Origin: Macrostomum lignano
Lineage: Eukaryota
Assembly: GCA_002269645.1 (NCBI GenBank)
Contig: NIVC01002180.1
Span: forward strand, 1 to 64,000
DNA: 64,000 nucleotides
Direction of reading: 5' to 3'
Below the pieces are notes generated by a model that worked only from the letters and a program-made list of their open reading frames with translations, was not told where the DNA came from and searched no databases. The translations under genes were made by a program, and so were the position numbers. Shown here piece after piece: positions 38,942 through 50,748 of the stretch; the first letter of the stretch is position 1; each line of letters opens with the position of its first letter.

Positions 38942-41900
38942 ATGGTGTTGGACTCGGAAATATGCCCCGAGAAGCAGCAGCAGCAGAAAGAGGTAGAAGA
39001 GAAGGCGATGGAGCAGCAGCAGAAACGACAGGCAACTTACACTCGATTTCTAATTGAAGAGATACTCAAGCCAGAGTTCGGTAGGCCGCCGCCTGCTCAT
39101 CTGCATCATCAGCTGCCGACTGTAGTGGGGAAGCTGCAACAGCAGGCTGCAGCCGAGGACAAGGCCAGTCTGTGGCCTGCTTGGATCTACTGCACCCGCT
39201 ACTCGGACAGGCCGTCATCTGGTGAGCATGGGGGACACTGAGGGACATGTTGGAGATAGCGGTGACACTGAGGGACATGTTGGAGATAGCGGTGACACTG
39301 AGGGACATGTTGGAGATAGCGGTGACACTGAGGGACCTGTTGGAGATATAGCGGTGACACTGAGGGACCTGTTGGAGATATAGCGGTGACACTGAGGGAC
39401 ATGTTGGAGATATAACGGTGACACTGAGGGACCTGTTGGAGATATAACGGTGACACTGAGGGACCTGTTGGAGATATAACGGTGACACTGAGGGACCTGT
39501 TGGAGATATAGCGGTGACACTGAGGGACCTGTTGGAGATATAGCGGTGACACTGAGGGACCTGTTGGAGATAGATATAACGGTGACACTCAGGGACCAGT
39601 TGGAGATATAACGGTGACACTGAGGGACCTGTTGGAGATATAACGGTGACACTGAGGGACCTGTTGGAGATATAACGGTGACACTGAGGGACCTGTTGGA
39701 GATATAACGGTGACACTGAGGGACCTGTTGGAGATATAGCGGTGACACTGAGGGACCTGTTGGAGATATAGCGGTGACACTGAGGGACCTGTTGGAGATA
39801 TAGCGGTGACACTGAGGGACCTGTTGGAGATATATCGGTGACACTGAGGGACCTGTTGGAGATATAACGGTGACACTGAGGGACCTGTTGGAGATATAGC
39901 GGTGACACTGAGGGACCTGTTGGAGATATAGCGGTGACACTGAGGGACCTGTTGGAGATATATCGGTGACACTGAGGGACCTGTTGGAGATATAGCGGTG
40001 ACACTGAGGGACCTGTTGGAGATATAACGGTGACACTGAGGGACCTGTTGGAGATATAGCGGTGACACTGAGGGACCTGTTGGAGATATAGCGATGACAC
40101 TGAGGGACCTGTTGGAGATATAGCGGTGACACTGAGGGACCTGTTGGAGATATAGCGGTGACACTGAGGGACCTGTTGGGGATATAGCGGTGACACTGAG
40201 GGACCTGTTGGAGATATAGCGGTGACACTGAGGGACCTGTTGGGGATATAGCGGTGACACTGAGGGACCTGTTGGAGATATAGCGGTGACACTGAGGGAC
40301 CTGTTGGAGATATAACGGTGACACTGAGGGACCTGTTAGAGATATAGCGGTGACACTGAGGGACCTGTTGGAGATATAACGGTGACACTGAGGGACCTGT
40401 TGGAGATATATCGGTGACACTGAGGGACCTGTTGGAGATATAGCGGTGACACTGAGGGACCTGTTGGAGATATAACGGTGACACTGAGGGACCTGTTGGA
40501 GATATAGCGGTGACACTGAGGGACCTGTTGGAGATATAGCGGTGACACTGAGGGACCTGTTGGAGATATAGCGGTGACACTGAGGGACCTGTTGGGGATA
40601 TAGCGGTGACACTGAGGGACCTGTTGGAGATATAGCGGTGACACTGAGGGACCTGTTGGAGATATAGCGGTGACACTGAGGGACCTGTTGGAGATATAGC
40701 GGTGACACTGAGGGACCTGTTGGAGATATAGCGGTGACACTGAGGGACCTGTTGGGGATATAGCGGTGACACTGAGGGACCTGTTGGAGATATAGCGGTG
40801 ACACTGAGGGACCTGTTGGAGATATATCGGTGACACTGAGGGACCTGTTGGAGATATAACGGTGACACTGAGGGACCTGTTGGAGAACGGTGACACTGAG
40901 GGACCTGTTGGAGATAGAACGGTGACACTGAGGGACCTGTTGGAGATATAACGGTGACACTGAGGGACCTGTTGGAGATATAGCGGTGACTCTGAGGGAC
41001 CTGTTGGAGATATAACGGTGACACTGAGGGACCTGTTGGAGATATAGCGGTGACACTGAGGGACCTGTTGGAGATATAACGGTGACACTGAGGGACCTGT
41101 TGGAGAACGGTGACACTGAGGGACCTGTTGGAGATATAGCGGTGACACTGAGGGACCTGTTGGAGATATAGCGGTGACACTGAGGGACCTGTTGGAGAAC
41201 GGTGACACTGAGGGACCTGTTGGAGATATAACGGTGACACTGAGGGACCTGTTGGAGATATAACGGTGACACTGAGGGACCTGTTGGAGATATAGCGGTG
41301 ACACTGAGGGACCTGTTGGAGATATAACGGTGACACTGAGGGACCTGTTGGAGATATATCGGTGACACTGAGGGACCTGTTGGAGAACGGTGACACTGAG
41401 GGACCTGTTGGAGATAGAACGGTGACACTGAGGGACCTGTTGGGGATATAGCGGTGACACTGAGGGACCTGTTGGGGATATAGCGGTGACACTGAGGGAC
41501 CTGTTGGGGATATAGCGGTGACACTGAGGGACCTGTTGGGGATATAGCGGTGACACTGAGGGACCTGTTGGGGATATAGCGGTGACACTGAGGGACCTGT
41601 TGGGGATATAGCGGTGACACTGAGGGACCTGTTGGGGATATAGCGGTGACACTGAGGGACCTGTTGGGGATATAGCGGTGACACTGAGGGACCTGTTGGG
41701 GATATAGCGGTGACACTGAGGGACCTGTTGGGGATATAGCGGTGACACTGAGGGACCTGTTGGGGATATAGCGGTGACACTGAACTGACACAAAGTGACG
41801 CAAAGAGTCTAATTGCCGATTAAAAAAGTAAATTGCTATTAATAGTAAAATGACAAAGAAAAATTTGCCTCAAATCAAAGCCGACTTTAATGATTCATTT

Positions 41901-44698
41901 TTTCCCGATAGTCTCTTTTAATTTCTCGAAGCTATAAAGACTATCTATAATGAGTTATTATCGCTTTAATCCGCGCCTCCCATGGCAGCAATTCATCATC
42001 ATCAGTGCCAAGCCGATCATTATTATAGATCGATCCCTCAATATATTTCCACACCCAAGACTCCTACAGGGGCTGAGCAGCCTTATCAGTGTTTCGATGA
42101 TGATGCCAAGAGGGATGCTGCTGACTTCCTCAGCTCTTTTTTCTGATTCATTAACGCCTCACCAAACTTGATGCCATGAGGCGGTTAGAGGCTCTGTCTA
42201 TCACCTCATTAAGGTCTCTCTGCATGCAGTGATACGAGGGCGGGGGAATTCTCAGAGGGTGAACGGCTTATCTGCCAAATCCCGATGATGGATGCTGATG
42301 GGATAAGTGAGTTAAAAAAATCGCCTCAGCGAGAGCGCCTGGAAGAAACTCTTTGAAGTTGAGTGAGCAGCGACCTTCTCGAGTAGAGGCTCAAAAATGA
42401 GAGGAGGAGTGGGCGGGGTCGCCTGATTGAGTGGGGGTGGGGTGCCCCGATCTTCTGGCTATAATATTTTTCTGTTCGAAATATCCCTTTTTATCTAAAT
42501 TGAATCGGCCGAATGGGGATCCTGCACCATCGCACACCTGTCTGCCCTTCAGCGCTGCTTTAATTATCCTCCTCCCAAAAAACCGCTGATTGCTAATAAG
42601 GAGAATCTCCCAAGGGTTTATCTTGATTTGCCACTCGAATCTGCTGTGTCGATATTTTTTCGAGCCATCAAACTCCTCATTGATGATGTTTTTTAATTAG
42701 CCAACAATTGCTGATTATAAATTCTTCCCAGCGACTAAATTGTTCCCATGGGAACTCATCGGTTTAAACCACAGGTTCTATATTATCTAGATGTTGTCAC
42801 TCCTGCAGCATTCGCTAATGCATTTAGCGGCCCTCTCCGAGGTCCCGAAAACCCCGGGGTTTGGGCCACAGACACCTGCTGCTGCTGCTAATGCTTGAGA
42901 GCAGCAGAAGCTACAGTCTATGGTCTGAACCCCCGGGGGTTTTCGCGCTGCGAGTGGCCCCATCTAGGAGTATATAGAAAATCGAGTGCAGAGCGTCCTG
43001 CATCCAGCTCATTTCTAAGAAAATCGAGTGTAGAGCGTCATTCTGCATCCAGCTCATTTCTAAGAAAATCGAGTGCAGAGCGTTCTTCTGCATCCAGCTC
43101 ATTTCTAAGAAAATCGAGTGCAGAGCGTCCTTCTGCATCCAGCTCATTTCTAAGAAAATCGAGTGCAGAGCGTTCTTCTGCATCTAGCTTATTTCTAAGA
43201 AAATCGAGTGTAGAGCGTCATTCTGCATCCAGCTCATTTATAAGAAAATCGAGTGCAGAGCGTCATTCTGCATCCAGCTCATTTCTAAGAAAATCTATTG
43301 TATCGATTGCATCAATCAAAACTTCTAAAGAAAAAATTCCGAGAGCTACTAGCTAGATAGAAATCAAACTAACTCAAATAGCAAGTTGACCAGGTGTGCT
43401 GCACTGTTACTGCATTCCAATCCTGCTGCTACCATATCACAGAAAGGGCAACTCCAGATCAGGCTGGACACTCCAGTGCGCATCAAACTTACAACAATAT
43501 AAATTATCCCATTAAAACGTCATGCTGTCACACGCCCATCCGGCAGGTCCTCGAGTCCGTAAGTTCCGCCGACGTAGCCGCAAGGACAACGAAAAAAGGC
43601 CAAGGACGTCATTCTCTGGCGAGCAGCTCAAACGGCTCAAGCAGGAGTTCGAAGAGAATAGGTTGGTTGCTATGCAGATTCGCTGAGCTTGCAAATCGAG
43701 AAAAATTTTTTCTGGAATATGGTTTTCACCGTATAAAATGCATTGGCGAGATGGGATTTTTTAGATTTTTTCTGGGTTTTCGAATTCCAAATGAAGCAAG
43801 TGTGCGTTTTTGTGTATTTTTCCGGCGCGGATTAATCTATGGCAAAACCCCAGTCAGCGCCACGCAAAAAAGCAAATCTTTGCCAGAAGCAGAGCTTGCG
43901 AAAGCTATTCATAACTTAACCACTTTTATTGTATCCTATATAGGCGTAGGGCAGTAGCCTAGTGGTCAAGCGCGGCGTTCTTATGTTTCAGCGGCCCAGG
44001 CTCGATTCCAAGTGCAGTCACATTTGAATCTCGGCTAGGGTCTTGCCGTAAAATTAACGCCCTTGAGGGCCAACCCCCAAGGCACAGTGAAGTGTACATG
44101 CCTAACGATAAATACAGTTAGGGCCGCTGTACACTCCTGTGTGAGTGTGTGCCTGTGCGTATGATTGCGTACGTGTCCGCGCGCTTGTGTGCCTGCTCAG
44201 GGGAGTCGGTGGAATGGACACCAATGCCTCTCGCCGGTTGTGTGGCAATGTCGGTTAAAGTGCACCAGGGTGCACACTGCCCCTGCCTCTGATAAAAATT
44301 GTACCCTATTTTGCAACTTGAGCCCTACTACGAGCACCCCATTGCCGACCATCCCACCCGCCTCCGCAGGTATCTCACAGAAGAGCGGCGACTCTCTCTG
44401 GCCAAGGAGCTGCAGCTGAACGAGTCGCAGGTGAAAATCTGGTTCCAAAATAAGCGAGCGAAGGCTAAAAAGGTGAGTTGTTTTAATGCGTGTCAGCTTT
44501 TTTGCAGATATGCCAGGTTGCCTGCAGCCCTCTTGCGAATATTTATAAGACTAACCTAGCTTATAGTGCCCACTGTACACCTGACCGCAGGGCCACGGCT
44601 TCAAGAACCCGCTCGCGCTGCACCTGATGTCCCAGGGGTTGTACAATCACTCCGTGCGACTGCGGACAGACTCGGACAGCGATCGGGATGGCATCTGA
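38942..44698 (+). CDS. en: Engrailed homeodomain protein, 4 exons, about 201 aa
   Basis: Exons 38942-39221, 43547-43661, 44370-44472 and 44591-44698 (phases 1,2,0; 606 nt). Contains EH1 [16 protein letters not shown]2 [17 protein letters not shown], homeodomain [58 protein letters not shown], and EH5 [16 protein letters not shown]. Confidence 0.95.
39232..41783. repeat. Minisatellite, 32 bp unit, engrailed intron 1
   Basis: GCGGTGACACTGAGGGACCTGTTGGAGATATA, about 80 copies starting about 10 nt after the donor; source of the 904/862/485-aa minus-strand ORFs. Confidence 0.97.
42975..43295. repeat. Minisatellite, 45 bp unit, engrailed intron 1
   Basis: AGAAAATCGAGTGCAGAGCGTCATTCTGCATCCAGCTCATTTCTA, about 7 copies. 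Confidence 0.93.
43948..44298 (+). mobile_element. tRNA-derived SINE, copy 2, inside engrailed intron 2 (within the homeobox)
   Basis: A box TAGCCTAGTGGTCAAG, B-box-like GGCTCGATTCC, body highly similar to 25310-25606, ending in GATAAAAA. Confidence 0.8.
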
Positions 44699-45759
44699 CT
44701 CAAAAGCTGGCCGGGACACTAAACTTCTTATGACTACTTAGTGGTTTAGAATTTTTGTACTGTTTACTCACGTGTGTAACATGGTAGTAAAAGGATTGTG
44801 ATTCAGCGCTCAGAGACCGCGGAATAGAGGGGGGGGCAGAGGGGGCAGCTGCCCTCTCACCTAGCATTGAGATGACATGGGTGGGGCACAGATACAGCAG
44901 GCTAAAAATATAAATGGCAAGTTTGGCTAATACTCGTAGAATAGTCAGAGGATGCCGATAAGCACTTGAGGATTTTTTACCATAGACACACTAATAGCAG
45001 TGCAGTAGACCATAGACCATATACTTTCGACCATAGACTATTTTATTCTTGAATGAATCAAACTAACCGCTAAGTGTCTGAAAAAAGGATTTTCGCTAGT
45101 TGTCTATGGCCAGATAAATAATCCTGCTCATGGCTGCGGCCCAGGTGAGGGAGGAGAATTTAAAAGAGATGAGAGGGAGAGTGGTGAGAGAAGAGAGCTG
45201 AGAAGATACAAATGCTCACAGAAGATTCAAAGAACCCCCGAGGGCCGGATAGAGAGGGTTGGTGGTCGGAAAGCACAATCCTATTAAATACCTATAGATA
45301 CTAATATAGATATCCACTTTCACGTTCGTGTTAACTAACAAGCGAAATAAATCAATTTTCAGTTTTTCTTCGAACTTAACAAGATTATATCGTCTTATGA
45401 TTGATTGATCTGTAACCTACAATAGAGTTAGTTTTTTTTAAACCTACGGAATATACTTTTACATTCAAACCCCGCATCCTTGCCTCTTATATTAAGCATG
45501 ACTAACTGTACATATATAATTGCAATTAAAATAATAATTCATATTTACTATTACTGTCTTGGCAATCTGTATAGTTGCAATCTTAAAAGCTTTGTCTATT
45601 AATAAATTTTGCTTTCTAAAGCAAGTTTTATAATGAATTGCACAGGGCCTGTACAGAAAGTTTGTTTTTTAAATCAAACCACGAATTGTCACAATGTGAC
45701 ACTTGGTCAACAAGTAGCAAATTAATTTTTTTTACAGAGAGAGGCTTCTTTGGGGGGGG

Positions 45760-46020
45760 GGAAGCGGAGTTGTGGGGGAAGGCAGCGGAGTTGTGGGGGG
45801 GGGGTAACGAAGTTGTGGGGGGAGACAGCGGAGTTGTGGGGGAGGTAGCGAAGTTATAGGGGGGAGACAGCGGAGTTGTGGGGGTAGGTAGCGAAGTTAT
45901 AGGGGGGAGACAGCGGAGTTGTGGGAGAGGCAGCGGAGTTGTGGGGGGAGGTAGCGAAGTTATAGGGGGAGGCAGCGGAGTTGTGGGGGGAGACAGCGGA
46001 GTTGTGGGGGGAGGCACGGC
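45760..46020. repeat. G-rich minisatellite, about 21-23 bp unit (GCGGAGTTGTGGGGGGAGACA)
   Basis: Tandem copies each with a G5-G7 run. Confidence 0.9.
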
Positions 46021-46501
46021 AGACATAAAAAAGATGAAGAATACAATGATGATAGGAATTAGACATTTTCCACGGCAAAGTACGATCTAAAATGCGGTGC
46101 AAATCAGTATCGGGGATAGATTTGTATTTGCTGCAATGATTGATGCAGAGCTGTAGTTCCGTTTAGAAACAAAAAACTACACAAGGCTAGGGGGAGGTGA
46201 AGAGAGTTAGAAAATTGGCATGCGCTAGCGCAACTCCAGCAGCGCAGCAGTGCGATTGTGACTTGCCAGCCATTCAGTCAGCTGTGTGCTAAGTGAGACT
46301 TCGACACGCCGGCAGGGGGGTTGGCGGTGGTGCTGTCGGTTCGGTGGTGTAATAAATCATTCTCTCTGCACTGTTTCAGTCGCGTACCGCGAAACTAGGA
46401 CGAGACTTGTTGTTCAACTAGTGATTTTTGAAGCCGCTGGTGTTGAAAATTGGCAGCTTAGAACTTGTGTGGTGCCCCAGGCAGACTTATGATTATCAAA
46501 G

Positions 46502-46988
46502 GAGAGGAGATAGCTGAGGAGAGAAGATAGCTGAGGAGTGGAGATAGCTGAGGAGAGGAGATAGCTGAGGAGAGGAGATAGCTGAGGAGTGGAGATAGCT
46601 GAGGAGTGGAGATAGCTGAGGAGTGGAGATAGCTGAGGAGAGGAGATAGCTGAGGAGAGGAGATAGCTGAGGAGTGGAGATAGCTGAGGAGAGGAGATAG
46701 CTGAGGAGAGGAGATAGCTGAGGAGAGGAGATAGCTGAGGAGTGGAGATAGCTGAGGAGAGGAGATAGCTGAGGAGTGGAGATAGCTGAGGAGAGGAGAT
46801 AGCTGAGGAGTGGAGATAGCTGAGGAGTGGAGATAGCTGAGGTGTGGAGATAGCTGAGGAGAGGAGATAGCTGAGGAGAGGAGATAGCTGAGGAGTGGAG
46901 ATAGCTGAGGAGAGGAGATAGCTGAGGAGTGGAGATAGCTGAGGAGAGGAGATAGGTGAGTGGAGATAGCTGAAGAGCGGAGATAGCA
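46502..46988. repeat. Purine-rich minisatellite, 17 bp unit (GCTGAGGAG[A/T]GGAGATA)
   Basis: Direct tandem repeat, about 28 copies. Confidence 0.95.
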
Positions 46989-48127
46989 TAAAATGCAGAT
47001 TTACTCGAACTTCGAATTCGAAGTTAGAACTTCATCTGCAGCTCTCATAATAACCACTTTTTTTTGTCTCAGATGTTTAGTTTAACGTCGCCAGTTTAGC
47101 GGAGACTGAATAAATTTTAACGACACAACAGCCGAACACAAGCATGGAGACAGATTAGCATCGGCATCAGCCACCAAGATCTCCACTTATTATCCCGTGT
47201 AGGGTTCCCATCTTAAATTAGCCTGGCTTAGCTCTCCATGTGCGTTGCCAAGCGACCAAGCAAATAGGCGAGGCGCAGCGCCAGCTGAAGCCTTTGCTGA
47301 CGAATTATTTTGGCCTGCCCTCCATTCCACTATGACGGACGGGCGCCCTTGAAGTAACGTCAGCTGGCGCGGGGTGGGCCCGGGGGTGGCTCAAACTCAT
47401 TAGTGACTGATTTACGCGGCGCCCAGCCAGGTAGACAGGGCCAACTGGAATCGCCGCCTCGCCCTACCTTCTCTTTCTAATTTTTTAGTTCGGTCTTCCG
47501 AGCTTAAGCCCCGATTCTAATAATTATTCCGTCCAGTGTTTGTTTGATTGCGGGGGCCGCTCGGGGTCGAGAGGATGCGCCGTCCCTGTCACTATCAATT
47601 ACAGGCGAGGCCGGGGGGGGGGGGCAACTGCAGCTGTCTCTCTCTCTGTGTGTCTGCAGATCGCCGCGTGAAAGTTAATTGCGCCACATATTTGCATTTG
47701 TTTTAGCCCCCCCCCCCCAACAGTAGCGTACCAAAATTCAGGCTTGAAAAGGCAAATAATTAACTTTTCCAAGCGCTTGTCCGTCTTTGTTTTGCTGCGC
47801 TTGAAGCGTGTTTTTGTCGCCTTTGTCAGGCTGTCGCTGCGGTGTGTGTGTTTCAAATTTTTGTTACCGCCAACGCCTCTCCCCGTGTGCCAGTTGTTCC
47901 AGTTGATGAAACTTGCACAAAAGCTGTCCCTATCCGCGTGTCAGACGCTGGCTTGACGCGCCCTAGTGACCATAAATATTATATTCATAGAGATGGCGGG
48001 TTGTTGCCTTTAAGGAAAGTATATTATTATACAATTGCAATGATTGCCACATTAATAGAGTACAATACTGGGACATTCATTATTTGAAATCCCAAGCTGA
48101 GGCAATTTAAACCATATAGCTCCCTAT

Positions 48128-48480
48128 GGATGAGGCATCTAACATCTCTAAAGATGAGGCATCTGACATCCCTATAGATGAGGCATCTGACATCCCTAAA
48201 GATGAGGCATCTGACATCCCTATAGACGAGGCATTTGACATCCCTATAGACGAGGCATTTGACATCCATATAGATGAGACATTTGACATCCCTATAGATG
48301 GGGAATCTAACATCTCTATAGATGAGGCATCTGACATCCATTTAGATGAGGCATCTGACATCTCTATAGATGAGGCATCTGACATCCATTTAGATGAGGC
48401 ATCTGACATCTCTATAGATGAGGCATCTGACATCTCTATAGATGAGGCATCTGACATCCATATAGATGCGGAATCTGAAA
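48128..48480. repeat. Minisatellite, 24 bp unit (GATGAGGCATCTGACATCCCTATA)
   Basis: About 14 copies. Confidence 0.93.
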
Positions 48481-49134
48481 TCCCTTAGATCTATTAGATC
48501 TGCATGGCTCGGACTCCACAAGCTTAGAAGTTGTTAACCCTAACGGCCAGTATATGAATAGCAAATCAATGCAGTTTGAAAAAGCAACCGAAAATTTCTC
48601 GCAACTCTTCATTTCGTCAAACAGCTTCCTGAAAAATATGGGGAAAGCAGACGGGGGGATGCGTAGAATTATGTTATCCGCTTCCGACGTCCCGGCTGAG
48701 CTGGGAGAGCGGGAATCAGGGACTCCGACCGCAAGCCCCGGAAGTGGGAGCTTGTGAAATTGTTTTCCCCCAGAATCCCAAATCAATGCTATCCAACATC
48801 GCCTCACACTCACACCCCCTCTCCCTCACTCGGCTGTCCCAGATTTTGGACTCGAGTCTGAGCACTGCGGGATAATGGGGCCAATTATTGTGCCAAGTGC
48901 AGGAAGAGAGTTAAGCCTAGTATAGAATCCTCTCGGTTTTAGCGCTAATTTCGACTGCTAGTGAAATAATCAGCCGCGCAACCCGTGGGAGAGGAAATCT
49001 AAATGACTTTGTTCTGGCGATGGAGCTGAGTTGGCTCGCTTGCGGCTGACCAAACTAATAAGGGGCTCAGTGCATCCAAGGCAGTTTTAGTGAACTAATC
49101 ACTAGACTAATGGAAGGGTGGATGGATCTATAGA

Positions 49135-49750
49135 CGGAATTAAAGCATCTATAGACAAAAATAAGTGACAGATCTGAGGATCTATAGACGAAAATAAGTG
49201 ACAGATCTGAGGATCTATAGACGAAAATAAGTGACAGATCTAAGTATCTGTAGACAAAAATGTGACGGATCTAAGTATCTGTAGACAAAAATGTGACAGA
49301 TCTAAGGATCTATAGACGACAGATCTGAGGATCCATAGACGGAAATAAGTGAGATCTGAGGATCTATAAACAGAAATAAGGACAGATCTAAGTATCTGTA
49401 GACGAAAATAAGTGACAGATCTAAGGATCTATAGACGAAAATAAGTGACAGACCTGAGGATCTGTAGACGGAAATAAGTGACAGATCTGAGGATCTATAA
49501 ACGAAAATAAGTGACAGATCTGAGGATCTATAGACAGAAATAAGTGACAGATCTAAGGATCTATAGACAGAAATAAGTGACAGATCTAAGGGTCTATAGA
49601 CGAAAATAAGTGTGACAGACCTGAGGATCTATAGACGAAAATAAGTGTGACAGACCTGAGGATCTATAGACGAAAATAAGTGACAGATCTGAGGAACTAT
49701 AGACGGAAAGAAGTGACAGATCTAAAGATCTATAGACAGAAATAAGTACC
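49135..49750. repeat. Minisatellite, about 33 bp unit (GACAGATCTGAGGATCTATAGACGAAAATAAGT)
   Basis: Diverged tandem copies. Confidence 0.92.
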
Positions 49751-50748
49751 AGATAAAAAAAGAAAAGAAACAGGTTACTCATAAAACAGAATTTTAGCAG
49801 CTTTAGAAAAGCATCAGCAACCAAGATTGAAGTGGACAAACAATTAAAAAATGAGCAGTCTTGCACAAATTTCAGATCAGTGTATATTTATTTAAAAGTT
49901 AATCAATATGTATACATACGCCTTCTAAATCAGTAAAATGTTCAGCATCAACTACTGGGTGCAAAAGTAGGCACTTTCGTTTGTACGATGAGTATTTATA
50001 AATTCATACAGGGCTGTATAAGGGTGTTATAGCCAACAGGTCAATGAGTAAATACATATAATTATTGTTTTTAAAAGTCGAAAAAAACAAATGTAAGGCA
50101 AATTGAGAGTTCAGAACCAGATCAAACGGAGAGAGTGTGGCAGACACAAAATGCTCAAAAAACAAGTGTAACACACAAGATGTCGCAAAGTTTCTTTCTA
50201 AAGCTAATCTTTAAGAAAGCTTGAAAACTTAAACATTAGCACTTTAGGTGGCTAACGAAGAAAGTAGATTCAAAGAACTACATATTACTGTTAGTAGAGT
50301 ATTGCTAAAAAAGAGTCTTGAAGATCAGGTTGATGTCAGATTTTAAACGCTATATAGACCGAATCAATTATATTTTTTTAAATAAGTTTTTTTGTACAGA
50401 ATTCATAATTAATATTTAAAATTCAAATAAATAAACTGTACATGAGAATTTTCTTAGATATGGCGCAATCGCGAGTTCGCATGCATTAGATTAAATATAT
50501 ATTACATAAGGCAGCGTATTGCACGCCAAAATCGGGTGCCAGCAAATCCGATGCCTGCTGCTACTATGAGTAGAAAACTTGAAAAAAAACAACCAGGATG
50601 CAGGATAACTTTTTGTTGAACGTTTCTTTGAAAAAAGGACAAAAAATAACAAAAACAGACCTCAAATTTGATTGGAGGATAATTGGAAAAATGAATTCGC
50701 ACCCAGTTAAATGTATGACCCAATTGCACCATATACTAATAGTTAACC

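Noticed and set aside
39066-41803. 904/862/485-aa minus-strand ORFs
   Set aside because: Translations of the 32-bp intronic array in engrailed.
42540-47420. TAATTA and TGATTTAC sites as engrailed autoregulatory or Pbx-Hox elements
   Set aside because: Such short motifs occur by chance and cannot be supported without conservation or binding data.
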